A stretch of DNA of 64,000 nucleotides from a virus (IMGVR_UViG_3300031998_000037); one strand, 5' to 3'. Positions 18,411 to 28,001 are shown, counted from the stretch's first letter. Notes: generated by a model from the letters alone, not told the origin. Numbers and translations are program-made.

Positions 18411-18448
18411 CTATAGAATTGTGCAATCAAATCTATAGAATTGAAAAT
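18411..18448. repeat. two additional iterons (ATCTATAGAATTG...)
   Basis: same repeat family as 18064-18215. Confidence 0.7.
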
Positions 18449-18652
18449 TAATGTCCGTAATTTAGAAAATCAATGTCCGTAATTAAAACTTTATGTTAAA
18501 ATTAAATGGCATTATTTGATGACTAAATTTGTCTTTTGCAGATAAATGTCCTATTTTATTATACGCAAAATAGGCAAGAAAAACACTTTGCAGAAATCTG
18601 TCCTATTTAGAAAATCAATGTCCGTAATTAAGAAAATTTATGTCCGTAATTA
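18447..18652. repeat. parS-like repeats: 4 copies of ATGTCCGTAATTA plus 2 degenerate TGTCCTATTT copies, downstream of parB
   Basis: copies at 18447, 18469, 18617 and 18639; the pairs are spaced 22 bp apart. Confidence 0.6.
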
Positions 18653-18664
18653 ATCTTGTTTAAC

Positions 18665-19867
18665 TTACGAGCAATGATTATTCCTATAACTATCCATCAA
18701 TTCCTGAATAGTTTTAAGTTCCTCAGCAGGGTTCATATCCAGCAATCTTTTGATTGCGGTATCAACGGCTTGAACTTCCTTGATAATCTTTTTGCTTTGA
18801 GCGATCTTGCCAGACTTATCCTTCTGAGCATCGTCAAGTCCCTTTTCGGCAGAGAAGATAGTATTCGTAAATATCTTCTTTACCTCACTATTTTGCTTTT
18901 GAGTTTTGAGATCAATGTCGCGGTCAAGCTGTTCAAGAGCTGCATTGTACTTAGCAACACTCTTTTCAATACTTGCCTTACGGGATTCAAGCTCAGGCGA
19001 TTGTTCTATATCAAGCTCCTTGTTGATATTTGCAAGCTCCTCATTTGCTTGTAAAAGCCTTCCATTATAATACATACGCGAGGTTTTATCTTTTGAAAGA
19101 GAAGTGTTTGTCTTTGAAATAATATTCTTAGCCTGTTTTGCAAAAGCGAGTGTGTGCTCGATAGCATATTTCTTAGTCTCAGGATCAGCGTTGTCCGCAG
19201 CCTTTAGAATATCATTGGCATAGTTCTGATATTCTTCTGGGAGCTGCGCAAGTGAAGCAGCCGTGTTGATATCAATAGCATCCGCATAGAGCAATTCCTT
19301 TAAAGGATTGATAAGCTCAGACGTAATGGCGATAAGCTTATTAGCCTGACGTTCACTGACATTAAAAGCCTGTGAAACATACTCTTTAAATTTTTGAGCC
19401 GCCTCTCGTTCAGCGGTTTCATCAAACTGCTTTATCTTAGCGAGAAAGCCTTCAATGATTTGAACCTTTTCTTCAATGCTATATTCTCTTGTTTCACTAT
19501 TGGCAAAGAAAAGCATTTTGAGAATTTCGAGCTGAGAAAGATTGCTTCTTACAGTCGCCTTAATCTTATCGCGTCCGAGGTACTTGACAGCCTTTGTGCG
19601 GCGTTCTCCAGATATGAGCAAGTATTTCGTAGGCTCTATCTTTGCAACCACAATATTATGCAGCAAGCCGTTCTCTTTGATATTCTCAGCAAGTTCTGCA
19701 ATGCCCTCGTCAGAGTCGCCCATATTGAAAATGTTATCCTGATTAAAAACGATTTGATCTATGGGGATAATATCAGTTGTCTCGATAGACTCCTGTTCCT
19801 TTTTGACGCTATCAGCAAGCTCATTAAAGCGGCTCAACGCCTTGTCGGTGTTTAACTTCTTAGCCAT
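18665..19867 (-). CDS. parB: ParB-family partition protein
   Basis: N-terminal ParB/Srx-like box ending in 'GERRTKA'; long helical C-terminus; translationally coupled to parA. Confidence 0.7.
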   Translation of the reverse strand: MAKKLNTDKALSRFNELADSVKKEQESIETTDIIPIDQIVFNQDNIFNMGDSDEGIAELAENIKENGLLHNIVVAKIEPTKYLLISGERRTKAVKYLGRDKIKATVRSNLSQLEILKMLFFANSETREYSIEEKVQIIEGFLAKIKQFDETAEREAAQKFKEYVSQAFNVSERQANKLIAITSELINPLKELLYADAIDINTAASLAQLPEEYQNYANDILKAADNADPETKKYAIEHTLAFAKQAKNIISKTNTSLSKDKTSRMYYNGRLLQANEELANINKELDIEQSPELESRKASIEKSVAKYNAALEQLDRDIDLKTQKQNSEVKKIFTNTIFSAEKGLDDAQKDKSGKIAQSKKIIKEVQAVDTAIKRLLDMNPAEELKTIQELMDSYRNNHCS

Positions 19868-20664
19868 TAATTAACGCCCCCTAAAATGATATTTTCAAGC
19901 TCCTCAGCGACAGCCAGATAATCAGCCGTGACTTTTTCATTCTTGGCATAATTTATCAATGGGTTGTGATCCGTAAGGCTCTTCTCTACAATGGTCGTCT
20001 TTCTGATCTCGGTATTAAAGAAATGGTATGATGTAAGATTAGCCTTGAATTGTTCAAGGTAAAAGTTCTGAGCTGCCGTGTTCTCCTTCTTTGTAAAAAG
20101 CAGCCCAGCGATTTTGAGATTTGGGTTGACATATTGCTGAATGTTTGTGATAAATTCATTCATGGCGAAGATACTGTCAATGCCGTACTCAGTCGCCTCG
20201 CAAGGCAGCACGGTATAGTTACTTGCTGTGAGGGCGTTTGTGGTTAAATTATTACGTGCAGGTGGGCAGTCGATAAAAACATATTCATATTCATCCTGTA
20301 TCTCTGTAAGCTTATTCTTTAAAATAAACTCTCTTGCTATTGGCAAAGCTGATAATTCAGTATCAGCCTTATCCAGATTGACGTTAGACGGCAGCAAATC
20401 AAGCCCGTCAATGTCAGTACCTATGGTAGCTTTACGGACGCTTAAATCGCCACATATGACATTGTAGACGCTTACCTCGTCTTTGCTGAGAAACTTTCCG
20501 AGGTAAGTTGTGGCATTTGCTTGCGGATCAAGGTCAACAAGTAGCACCTTTTTGTTTTTAATTTTAGCAAATATTGCAGCAAGGTTTACACTCGCCGTGG
20601 TTTTGCCAGCACCACCTTTACGGTTCAATAAAGAAATCGTAATCATTAATTTTGCTCCTTTCAC
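19867..20664 (-). CDS. parA: ParA/Soj-family partition ATPase
   Basis: deviant Walker A 'NRKGGAGKTT', 'VLLVDLDPQ'. Confidence 0.85.
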   Translation of the reverse strand: MKGAKLMITISLLNRKGGAGKTTASVNLAAIFAKIKNKKVLLVDLDPQANATTYLGKFLSKDEVSVYNVICGDLSVRKATIGTDIDGLDLLPSNVNLDKADTELSALPIAREFILKNKLTEIQDEYEYVFIDCPPARNNLTTNALTASNYTVLPCEATEYGIDSIFAMNEFITNIQQYVNPNLKIAGLLFTKKENTAAQNFYLEQFKANLTSYHFFNTEIRKTTIVEKSLTDHNPLINYAKNEKVTADYLAVAEELENIILGGVN

Positions 20665-20739
20665 TGTTTGAGTGTTTGACTGTTTGCTTCTTTCATTATA
20701 TCACACTTTATTTTAAAATGCAAGAGTTTTTTTGAAAAA

Positions 20740-20824
20740 GGAACTCAGTTCCTAAGCCAAAATTTTTTTGAAAAAGGAACTCAGTTCCCAGAGCAAAATT
20801 TTTTTGAGAAAAGAACTCAGTTCC
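20740..20824. promoter_or_regulatory. three tandem copies of the palindromic motif (GGAACTCAGTTCC x2, AGAACTCAGTTCC x1), each between T- and A-runs; upstream of parAB and downstream of the lysis genes
   Basis: copies at 20740, 20776 and 20812, ~36 bp apart. Confidence 0.65.
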
Positions 20825-20880
20825 TAAGCCAAAAAAATAGGGTACAGCAAGTCCATAATAAGACCTGTTGTACCCTAAGT

Positions 20881-21237
20881 TTACTTAGCAAGTGCAAGTA
20901 TGACCGCACCTGCAATACCAGTGGCGACCATAGTAACTACCGCCGTAATTGCAGCTATTTTTATCTTTTTAAAGTTTGCGAGTGTTTCTTGTGCTGGAGC
21001 GTTTTCAAGTTCAGACACTTTTCTTGAAAGTGACTTTTGATTTTCCTTAACCTCAACCACATCGTTCTCAACGTGCTTTAGCGACTGAGCCATCAAGGAT
21101 AAGCTTTTACTTATATCGTAGAGAGCTTCTTGTCTGTGTTCAATATCATTTACTCGCACGGCAAGATTATCAATTGACTTGCCATGCGACAATACATTCG
21201 CTTTTACTTCATAAAATTCCTTGTCAGATATTGGCAT
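20881..21237 (-). CDS. coiled-coil protein with C-terminal transmembrane helix
   Basis: hydrophobic C-terminus 'IAAITAVVTMVATGIAGAVILALAK'. Confidence 0.35.
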   Translation of the reverse strand: MPISDKEFYEVKANVLSHGKSIDNLAVRVNDIEHRQEALYDISKSLSLMAQSLKHVENDVVEVKENQKSLSRKVSELENAPAQETLANFKKIKIAAITAVVTMVATGIAGAVILALAK

Positions 21238-21251
21238 GGCTGTCCTCCTCT

Positions 21252-22034
21252 CTACAGATTATATATATCGCAAAGTGCCATGAACATTGATTTTGTAAAG
21301 GCACTATCATTCTTGCCATTAACCTCACAGTTATATCCTTTATCTTTAAGGGTATTCTGTAAAGTCTTGATATCATTTTCATTATCTATACTTAAAGTCG
21401 CCAGTTTTAAATCTGACATTTTTATAGGCGACTGAATATTTCGTGTCTTTGTTTTGTTCTGACCAAGCACAACTCTATCCCCTGAGACAGACGACACGTA
21501 CCATTTATCTTCTTTTACCCAATCGGGAATAGTTTGACCATCGTAATACTTAGCATCGGCACTGATCTTTACGAGGTCGCCAACTGCAACTTTAACAGTT
21601 TGCTTTGGTCTGTAGCCGTCGTCATAAGTTCCTCCCTGATTATTTGGAATGCCTGAAAGAGAGCAAACATTGACGACCTCAGCACCTTTATAAAATGCCT
21701 TACGCACTTCATAATGGCAATGGCTGCCTGTAGAATAACCTGTTGAACCTTCTACGCCAATAACATCTGTGATCTTTACAGAGTCGCCAGTCTTAACTTT
21801 AAGCTGGCTCATATGACCAAAATAATAAAACAGATTATCAACGCCTTTAATACAAACGTAAAGTCCAAAACCTTGTGAATGATTTGCTGGATTTTCCCAG
21901 CCAGCATAATGCACTACACCTTTTTGGGTTGCATGAATATTCTTGCTATCTTTTCCAACAAGGTCAAGTCCGTCATGGCGTTTCGGATAATAACCTTGTG
22001 AGATATAGAAATTTCCTTCATATGGGCTATTCAT
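21252..22034 (-). CDS. endolysin: M23 (LytM-type) peptidase plus SH3-like binding domain
   Basis: 'HDGLD' and 'GSTGYSTGSHCHYEV' zinc-peptidase motifs; follows the holin. Confidence 0.7.
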   Translation of the reverse strand: MNSPYEGNFYISQGYYPKRHDGLDLVGKDSKNIHATQKGVVHYAGWENPANHSQGFGLYVCIKGVDNLFYYFGHMSQLKVKTGDSVKITDVIGVEGSTGYSTGSHCHYEVRKAFYKGAEVVNVCSLSGIPNNQGGTYDDGYRPKQTVKVAVGDLVKISADAKYYDGQTIPDWVKEDKWYVSSVSGDRVVLGQNKTKTRNIQSPIKMSDLKLATLSIDNENDIKTLQNTLKDKGYNCEVNGKNDSAFTKSMFMALCDIYNL

Positions 22035-22038
22035 AATA

Positions 22039-22248
22039 TCACTCCTTTCTTATTTCATCTTCCGATTCTGTGCGCTTGTCGCGCTGAAAACTAAAGTAAA
22101 ATGTAAATGCCATAGTGCAGACTGTCAGATAATCCTTTACATCTACACGACCATCAAGAAAACCTATAGACAAGCATACCGCAAACAATAGTGATATGAT
22201 ACTTTTTACGTCTATAAGCTTTGCAATTTTCTGCCAAAACATTTTCAT
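22039..22248 (-). CDS. holin-like small membrane protein
   Basis: 69 aa, two TM segments, charged C-terminus, immediately upstream of the endolysin. Confidence 0.55.
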   Translation of the reverse strand: MKMFWQKIAKLIDVKSIISLLFAVCLSIGFLDGRVDVKDYLTVCTMAFTFYFSFQRDKRTESEDEIRKE

Positions 22249-22336
22249 AAAACCACCTCGTCATTAAAAAAGAGGCGGCAGTCGCTAAACCGCCGCCGTA
22301 TCTATCTGATATATCAGACGAAGGTCGTCACAACAA

Positions 22337-22774
22337 TTATCTCATTTCTGAGAGCATACGCTCAAATTTCTTGCGTGTGTGCTCGTCTGGAGCTTTCTCC
22401 ATAAGCTCTTCTATCTCTTCAATAAAATCCTCTTTAGACTCATCTCTGCTATAGCGTCTGTTAGCATATGAATTGCGTCCGCGATAGGAGTTTCCGCCGC
22501 GATTGATACCGCGACCTCCTCTGCCATCCATAGCCATACTTCCGTCATAGTAGTATCTGCCATCCCAGTAATATCCTGAGTAGCCTTCTTCCTCGGCTTC
22601 AATCATGCCGATTGTCATTTTAATATTTTTCATTGTAGAGGATAACTTCTGTAAGTATTCTACGTCGCCTTGTGAAAGTTCTCCACCACTCATTTTGATT
22701 TTCTCATTTGCCGACTCTATGTCGTGATATACAAGATCACAAAGTTCATAGAGTGTATTGAGCTTGTTATTCAT
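22337..22774 (-). CDS. hypothetical protein with Gly/Arg/Tyr-rich (RGG-like) region
   Basis: 'GRGGRGINRGGNSYRGRNSYANRRYSRD'. Confidence 0.35.
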   Translation of the reverse strand: MNNKLNTLYELCDLVYHDIESANEKIKMSGGELSQGDVEYLQKLSSTMKNIKMTIGMIEAEEEGYSGYYWDGRYYYDGSMAMDGRGGRGINRGGNSYRGRNSYANRRYSRDESKEDFIEEIEELMEKAPDEHTRKKFERMLSEMR

Positions 22775-22790
22775 CGCTTATCATCACTCC

Positions 22791-23252
22791 TTATGCAATG
22801 CGGTTTATTACGAGATTTGCGTTTTGCACATCAATTACAGGTGCAGGATCAACAGTAGGATCGGTTGAAGCTGGCACTGCCTCTATAGCAAGTGAGAAGC
22901 AACAACCACGAGGCACTTTGATTATTGCCGTGCTCGTTACATTACCAAGTTCCTCAACAGCCGCAGGACTAAAGATAGCCTTGCTTGTTGGGCGTTCTTC
23001 ACCGTTAACCCCTATTGCAATTGCTATAGGGGTTACAGTGCCACCAGTAGGAATTTGGATATTGCCATTGAATGTTACCTGATATGTTGCAAAATTAGCG
23101 CATGGGTTGTTTACGATACCACGGAGAATAAAAATCCCAGTGCCGTCCTCGTGATAAACATATCCTTTAGTGCATGGGATAGAAGCTGTAAAAACAATTG
23201 CAGAGTTGTTATTAACAGACTGCAATGCATTTGCTAAATATTCTGCTGCCAT
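22791..23252 (-). CDS. hypothetical protein
   Basis: ORF. Confidence 0.3.
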   Translation of the reverse strand: MAAEYLANALQSVNNNSAIVFTASIPCTKGYVYHEDGTGIFILRGIVNNPCANFATYQVTFNGNIQIPTGGTVTPIAIAIGVNGEERPTSKAIFSPAAVEELGNVTSTAIIKVPRGCCFSLAIEAVPASTDPTVDPAPVIDVQNANLVINRIA

Positions 23253-23264
23253 GATATCACCACC

Positions 23265-24140
23265 TTAGAATGAGCCGCATCCGCAAGATGTTACGTTGCT
23301 GCAACAATTAGGGTTCTGAACTACATAAGCTGGCATTGCCTTTGGAGCAACATACTGCTCAACTTCATTTGCAAGTGCTCTTTGACCTGCCTGAATAGCG
23401 GCTGTCTGAACATCTTGTGAAGCCTGTCCACGAGCAAACATAAGCTCTGAACGAAGCTGTGCAATGATGTCATTCTTGCTTTCAATTTTGTCTGCACAAA
23501 GCTGATCCTTGATTGACTGAATGCCATTGTTTACAGCATTGAGAAGTGCGGTTGTGTTCTGAGTGTCAGTTGCTCTTGTTGCGCAAGCCTCTGTTGCAAG
23601 AGTATACTTTACATCTGCTGTGTTAGCAGACTGATTACAACAGCACTGTGCAAGTTGAGCCTGTAATGAATTTAAGCCCTGAGTGTTAGCTGTTTGTGCT
23701 GCAAAGCTTCTTTCAAGGTCTGCAAGCTGATTGGTATAGAGTTGCTGTGAGAGTGCGTTCTGTGCGCTGTTTACAGTTGCATTTACACCTGCGAAACCGC
23801 CGCAAAGTGATGTCTGTACATCGCCAAAGCCGCTTGTGATAGCGTTCTGAATACCGCCTATTTGAGTTGAGAGCTGCTGGTCGCGGAAACCATCATTAAT
23901 GTTCTGGCTATTGTTGAGCCACGGATAGAGATAATCCATGCCCATCATACCTGCGCCCATCATAGCACCGTAACCGCCGCCGAAGCCGCCAAAGCCAAAG
24001 CCGCCGTTGCAGAGTGCGATAAGGAATAAGATACCGAGCCATGAGTCGCCGTTGTTGCCGAACAGACCGCCGCCATTAGCAAGTCCGTTAGCTGGAGATA
24101 AGAGCATTGTTGTGTTTATTCCTTCTTCTGTAAGAGCCAT
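23265..24140 (-). CDS. low-complexity Gly-rich then Gln/Ala/Asn-rich protein with N-terminal TM segment and C-terminal Cys cluster
   Basis: 'GGFGFGGFGGGYGAMMGAGMMG', long Q/A/N tract, ends 'NPNCCSNVTSCGCGSF'; start placed at 'MALTEEG' after AGGAGAG. Confidence 0.35.
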   Translation of the reverse strand: MALTEEGINTTMLLSPANGLANGGGLFGNNGDSWLGILFLIALCNGGFGFGGFGGGYGAMMGAGMMGMDYLYPWLNNSQNINDGFRDQQLSTQIGGIQNAITSGFGDVQTSLCGGFAGVNATVNSAQNALSQQLYTNQLADLERSFAAQTANTQGLNSLQAQLAQCCCNQSANTADVKYTLATEACATRATDTQNTTALLNAVNNGIQSIKDQLCADKIESKNDIIAQLRSELMFARGQASQDVQTAAIQAGQRALANEVEQYVAPKAMPAYVVQNPNCCSNVTSCGCGSF

Positions 24141-24244
24141 AATAACTCTCCTTTCTCCCCATAATTGGTAGGGGTGAGCGTTTACATCCATTATGTGTAA
24201 ACGGGGTTTATAACTATTTATATCAAGGCGTAAGCCTCAATATC

Positions 24245-24463
24245 TTACTTATTGCCGAGCATTGCAGCCACACGATCACGTAACATCGGAGGCACTTTGC
24301 CCATAGTGTAGTAATATTGTAATGCCTGTTGAGGCGTAGTTATATTAGAAGGTAAGTTAAGATATTTATTAGGGTTCTGTTTGAATTGCTCAAACAAAGC
24401 GTTCAAATCGGGTTGCTGCTGTTGCTGACGCATCCCGACATTTAAAGGATTACCCATTGCCAT
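24245..24463 (-). CDS. small Gln-rich protein
   Basis: QQQQQ tract. Confidence 0.3.
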   Translation of the reverse strand: MAMGNPLNVGMRQQQQQPDLNALFEQFKQNPNKYLNLPSNITTPQQALQYYYTMGKVPPMLRDRVAAMLGNK

Positions 24464-24869
24464 TCAGCTCCTTTGCTATCTTTTGCATTTCATTTATGAT
24501 ATCTTTATATGGTTCAAACTCAGCTTTTGTCATATAGTCGTCAAGATTAACCTGCGACTTTTCTTCTGGCTGAGATTGGGGAGTCTGCGATATATCCTCT
24601 TCTTCAAGACGAAACCTTTTGAAAACAGGAGGTTCAAGCATTGAGCCGCCCATAGTTTTTGTGTAGCAATAAGGCGCATTGTCATCTATAAAGGTCATTG
24701 ATGTATTAGGAGCAACCGCCCATTCACGAGCTTGTGCTTCTGATTGTACATGAATGAATACGCTGCTTTGAGTTTGTGTTGGCTGCTGCATAGGTATACT
24801 TTGTTGATACTGTTGCATTGCCATTTGTGGATATGAAGAATATCCTTGCGGATAGTAAGGGTAGCCCAT
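24450..24869 (-). CDS. Gln/Tyr/Pro-rich low-complexity protein
   Basis: 'YPYYPQGYSSYPQMAMQQYQQSIPMQQPTQTQ'; start placed at the ATG after AGGAG. Confidence 0.35.
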   Translation of the reverse strand: MGYPYYPQGYSSYPQMAMQQYQQSIPMQQPTQTQSSVFIHVQSEAQAREWAVAPNTSMTFIDDNAPYCYTKTMGGSMLEPPVFKRFRLEEEDISQTPQSQPEEKSQVNLDDYMTKAEFEPYKDIINEMQKIAKELNGNG

Positions 24870-24873
24870 TAAA

Positions 24874-25251
24874 TCACTCCTTTGTGTAATAATAGATTGG
24901 ACGTTCCGAGCCGCTATCCCAAGAGTCGTAGTAGTCGCCTGAAATGACAGCAACCACATGAGAGCCAGTTGCGGCTATGTATTTTCCTGTTTGATGATCT
25001 TCTGCAAAGTCTGCTATCGAATAGCAGTAAGGACAGTCATTCGGGCAGATATAACGCTTGAATCCACGACTGCGCAAGTATGCATCCCAGACTGCATTAT
25101 TGTTGCCCCAATCACCGTAAGCAAAACCTTCTGCGCAAAGGTCTGTATAAATCTTTTCCCACGGATCGTCTGTAACAACTGAGATTGCCCTGATAACACA
25201 ATCGCCAGCACGATAGTTTCTTTGTGGGTTTTCGTTATAGTTTACATACAT
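24874..25251 (-). CDS. putative papain-like/transglutaminase-like Cys-His-Asp fold protein
   Basis: 'GDCVIRAIS' ... 'TGSHVVAVISGDYYDSWDSG'; assignment is tentative. Confidence 0.3.
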   Translation of the reverse strand: MYVNYNENPQRNYRAGDCVIRAISVVTDDPWEKIYTDLCAEGFAYGDWGNNNAVWDAYLRSRGFKRYICPNDCPYCYSIADFAEDHQTGKYIAATGSHVVAVISGDYYDSWDSGSERPIYYYTKE

Positions 25252-25307
25252 ATTAGCTCCCTTCGGATATAATTAAAGCGCGACCATTAGGTTGATCGCG
25301 CTGTTTT

Positions 25308-25745
25308 TTATTCAATTAACGTTCCGCCCGTGACTTGACAGTTAGACGGGAATGATGTTGAGTAGTAAGTCGTTGCATTATTGGGAATATTAACTTTTTT
25401 AAGTGCCGACTCAGCAAACGCATATGCTCCGATACTTTCAAGAGACATTGGCAGTGTGATTTCTCTCAATCGCTTTGCACGAACAAACGCACCCATTTTC
25501 ATATAGTCAAGTTCTCCACCATGAACAACATCATTATTATCTACGTACCAAAAGGCAGAAGGATAGGGGAGATCAAAACAAGGCGAAATATAATTAAGCT
25601 CACCTAAATGAATAACATCATCATTTGTTTGGTTCACGTACCAGAAAGCAGAAGGGTAAGGAGCTTCAAAGCAAGTATGAAGATTGCCCTGTACTGTATC
25701 TTCTGTATAGATATCTGGTATTGTAGTATCAAGTACCCATCCCAT
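25308..25745 (-). CDS. tail-fibre-associated protein with an internal tandem duplication and BspA-like LRR segment
   Basis: 'CFEAPYPSAFWYVNQTNDDVIHLGELNYI' is repeated as 'CFDLPYPSAFWYVDNNDVVHGGELDYM'. Confidence 0.4.
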   Translation of the reverse strand: MGWVLDTTIPDIYTEDTVQGNLHTCFEAPYPSAFWYVNQTNDDVIHLGELNYISPCFDLPYPSAFWYVDNNDVVHGGELDYMKMGAFVRAKRLREITLPMSLESIGAYAFAESALKKVNIPNNATTYYSTSFPSNCQVTGGTLIE

Positions 25746-26764
25746 TATGGTATCACCTGACCTACTAAGAAACCAGCATTAGACAGGTTTTCAGCATTGT
25801 AAATATAATTAGTTTGTGTTGAGTCAGTCTCTTGCATTGGTATACCATTAGTTATGTATTGAATACCTGTAATTCTGCTTGTATTAACAAGAATATGATT
25901 GTTACCTACATCAACTGTTCCTTCTTGAATACTTCCAGTTATATACATCTTAAAATAATTATAAGTGGTTGAATATTTACTTCCACTTGATGCTACAGTC
26001 ATAACAAGTTTAGGTCTTGGTGTTCCATTTCCAAGTGCTAATGGATTTGTAGAGGAATTGGTAAACACGCAATTATCCAAAACTACACTCTTACATAAAT
26101 ATGCAGCATAGTTATACTCTGTTGGAATTTTTCCTGAAATACAAATAGTGCAATTAGACATCTCTACAGGATAACTACCGCTACCTTGGAATATAACCAA
26201 CTCAGTATTATTAGCTACAACAGTTGTATTAAAATTAAGATTGAAAGTGCAATCTTTAAATGCTAAACTGTTCCATGCATCACCGCCTATTATACAAGTG
26301 CTGTTGCCACGAGGACGACCCTTAAATATACCAGTAAAATTACAATTTTTAAAGAACTTAGTGTGTCCTTGATAATTACTACCTGCATCGGCTATAAATT
26401 TAGCGAGATGCCATGCGTCAGAAGTTAAGATACACATATTATAAAAATTTATGTTATATACATCTATTGTATAACCTGATGAGGTAGTTTGAAAATATAT
26501 TAGAATTGAATTTGAATTTTGAGTGAACAGATTTCTTATATTAGTTCCTTTTCCATCTATGTATTTGCATCGGAATACTACTCTTGTAATAACCCCATTA
26601 TTAGCATCAAAATTTAAATTTGGCTCACCAGCTTCTATGTATGACTCAGTAACCGCAATCGCTTCTACGAATCCTTCTTCTGTAGTATAAATATAAGGGT
26701 CAGCTTGTGTGCCTGTACCAGTACAATGTGGTAATGTATCTCCTACATTTGCCATAAACCTCAC
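25745..26764 (-). CDS. putative receptor-binding/tail fibre protein (beta-helix-like, N/T/S-rich)
   Basis: composition and position in the tail-tip module. Confidence 0.4.
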   Translation of the reverse strand: MRFMANVGDTLPHCTGTGTQADPYIYTTEEGFVEAIAVTESYIEAGEPNLNFDANNGVITRVVFRCKYIDGKGTNIRNLFTQNSNSILIYFQTTSSGYTIDVYNINFYNMCILTSDAWHLAKFIADAGSNYQGHTKFFKNCNFTGIFKGRPRGNSTCIIGGDAWNSLAFKDCTFNLNFNTTVVANNTELVIFQGSGSYPVEMSNCTICISGKIPTEYNYAAYLCKSVVLDNCVFTNSSTNPLALGNGTPRPKLVMTVASSGSKYSTTYNYFKMYITGSIQEGTVDVGNNHILVNTSRITGIQYITNGIPMQETDSTQTNYIYNAENLSNAGFLVGQVIP

Positions 26765-26890
26765 TCCTTTCGTTCATAGTAAAAGGCGCGACCATTAATC
26801 AGACCGCGCCTTGTAAAAAATATAATTTTGTTAAGTTACTGTCATTCTGAAAAGTCATCTCTAACCAGATAAAATTACCTTTTTATTGGG

Positions 26891-27193
26891 TTAGTCCCAA
26901 ATTCCTAATTTAGCATAAAAAGAAATTTTCTGTTGTCTTTCCTCTATTATGCTATCTTTGATTTGTTCGTCTTTAACTTCTGTGATAATCATAGGATAAA
27001 AAGCACCGATATCTGATGTACCTTTTTTCGATAAATCGTGCGCCCACAAAACAGATGCTATATCCATTAAATTACCATATCCTATGGTTTCACCAAGTTT
27101 TTTTACTTGCTGTATCTGTATCTTGTAAAGTTCATCATTCATGAATAATTCCTCCTTAATCCCACTGACCGTTTTCACGCTCATGAACTCCAC
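26891..27193 (-). CDS. hypothetical protein
   Basis: ORF. Confidence 0.3.
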   Translation of the reverse strand: MEFMSVKTVSGIKEELFMNDELYKIQIQQVKKLGETIGYGNLMDIASVLWAHDLSKKGTSDIGAFYPMIITEVKDEQIKDSIIEERQQKISFYAKLGIWD

Positions 27194-28001
27194 TCACAGG
27201 ATGCCACCCACTAAACCCTGCCGTAACCTCAGACGGTGCAACCGTAGTGTCAACATCAAAGCTATTTTCTCCTGCTGTTACTGTAAATGTCGGCATTGTT
27301 ATCTGTGTCACAACAGGAGTTGCAAGCACAGAGCCGTCACTGTCAACACGCTGAGTAAGTGTGCCGTCAGCGTCAAGCGTATCATAAGCAGTACCGTCAA
27401 GGGACTTGCGCAAAGGGTTTTCTCCGATATAAATATTGGTTGTATTACCATTTATTAAAATTGGGATTTTATAGCCGTATGGTTCGACTGGTAGAGATGT
27501 TTCACCGACATTAAGCATAGGCATAGTAGCACCAGAATTAACTCGAAATGTTACGTATCCTGTAATTGGTGCTGTGAAAGTTTGTGCAGCAAAAGCCATA
27601 CGCTGTCCGTTATAGCTGCGTGAACCAATTACAGGTTTGCTTGTAAAAAAACCGCCTGTGATACTTGCTGACGCGGTGTATGTTACCCCTTGCTCAATTT
27701 TAGCAATGTACATATCAAATGAAGAATTGCTTATAAGATAGCCGTTTGCATCTATACTGCAATTAGCGATTTTATCCTCAAAAAGCTGTGCTGTCCTCTC
27801 CCCTGTACCATTCACATCAACAGGATTACTCGGTGTCGGCGTACCCGACTGCGTAGTGTTGCCCTTGATGCCGACTGTCACTGACGTATCATTGGGATAT
27901 ATCGTTGTCGGGAGCTGAGAGAGTGTGTCGGTATCTGTACCCATGATATAGTGACTATCAGTCCATGAATTATCACTCTCGTTGTATCGTTTAAAATTCA
28001 T
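27156..28001 (-). CDS. putative tail fibre protein
   Basis: T/S/G-rich composition; position. Confidence 0.4.
   Translation of the reverse strand: MNFKRYNESDNSWTDSHYIMGTDTDTLSQLPTTIYPNDTSVTVGIKGNTTQSGTPTPSNPVDVNGTGERTAQLFEDKIANCSIDANGYLISNSSFDMYIAKIEQGVTYTASASITGGFFTSKPVIGSRSYNGQRMAFAAQTFTAPITGYVTFRVNSGATMPMLNVGETSLPVEPYGYKIPILINGNTTNIYIGENPLRKSLDGTAYDTLDADGTLTQRVDSDGSVLATPVVTQITMPTFTVTAGENSFDVDTTVAPSEVTAGFSGWHPVSGVHERENGQWD

Noticed and set aside
19394-19855. 153-aa + strand ORF antisense to parB (also 8653-8889, 34355-34765 and similar)
   Set aside because: Embedded antisense ORFs inside long, motif-supported genes in an AT-rich genome; no supporting signals.
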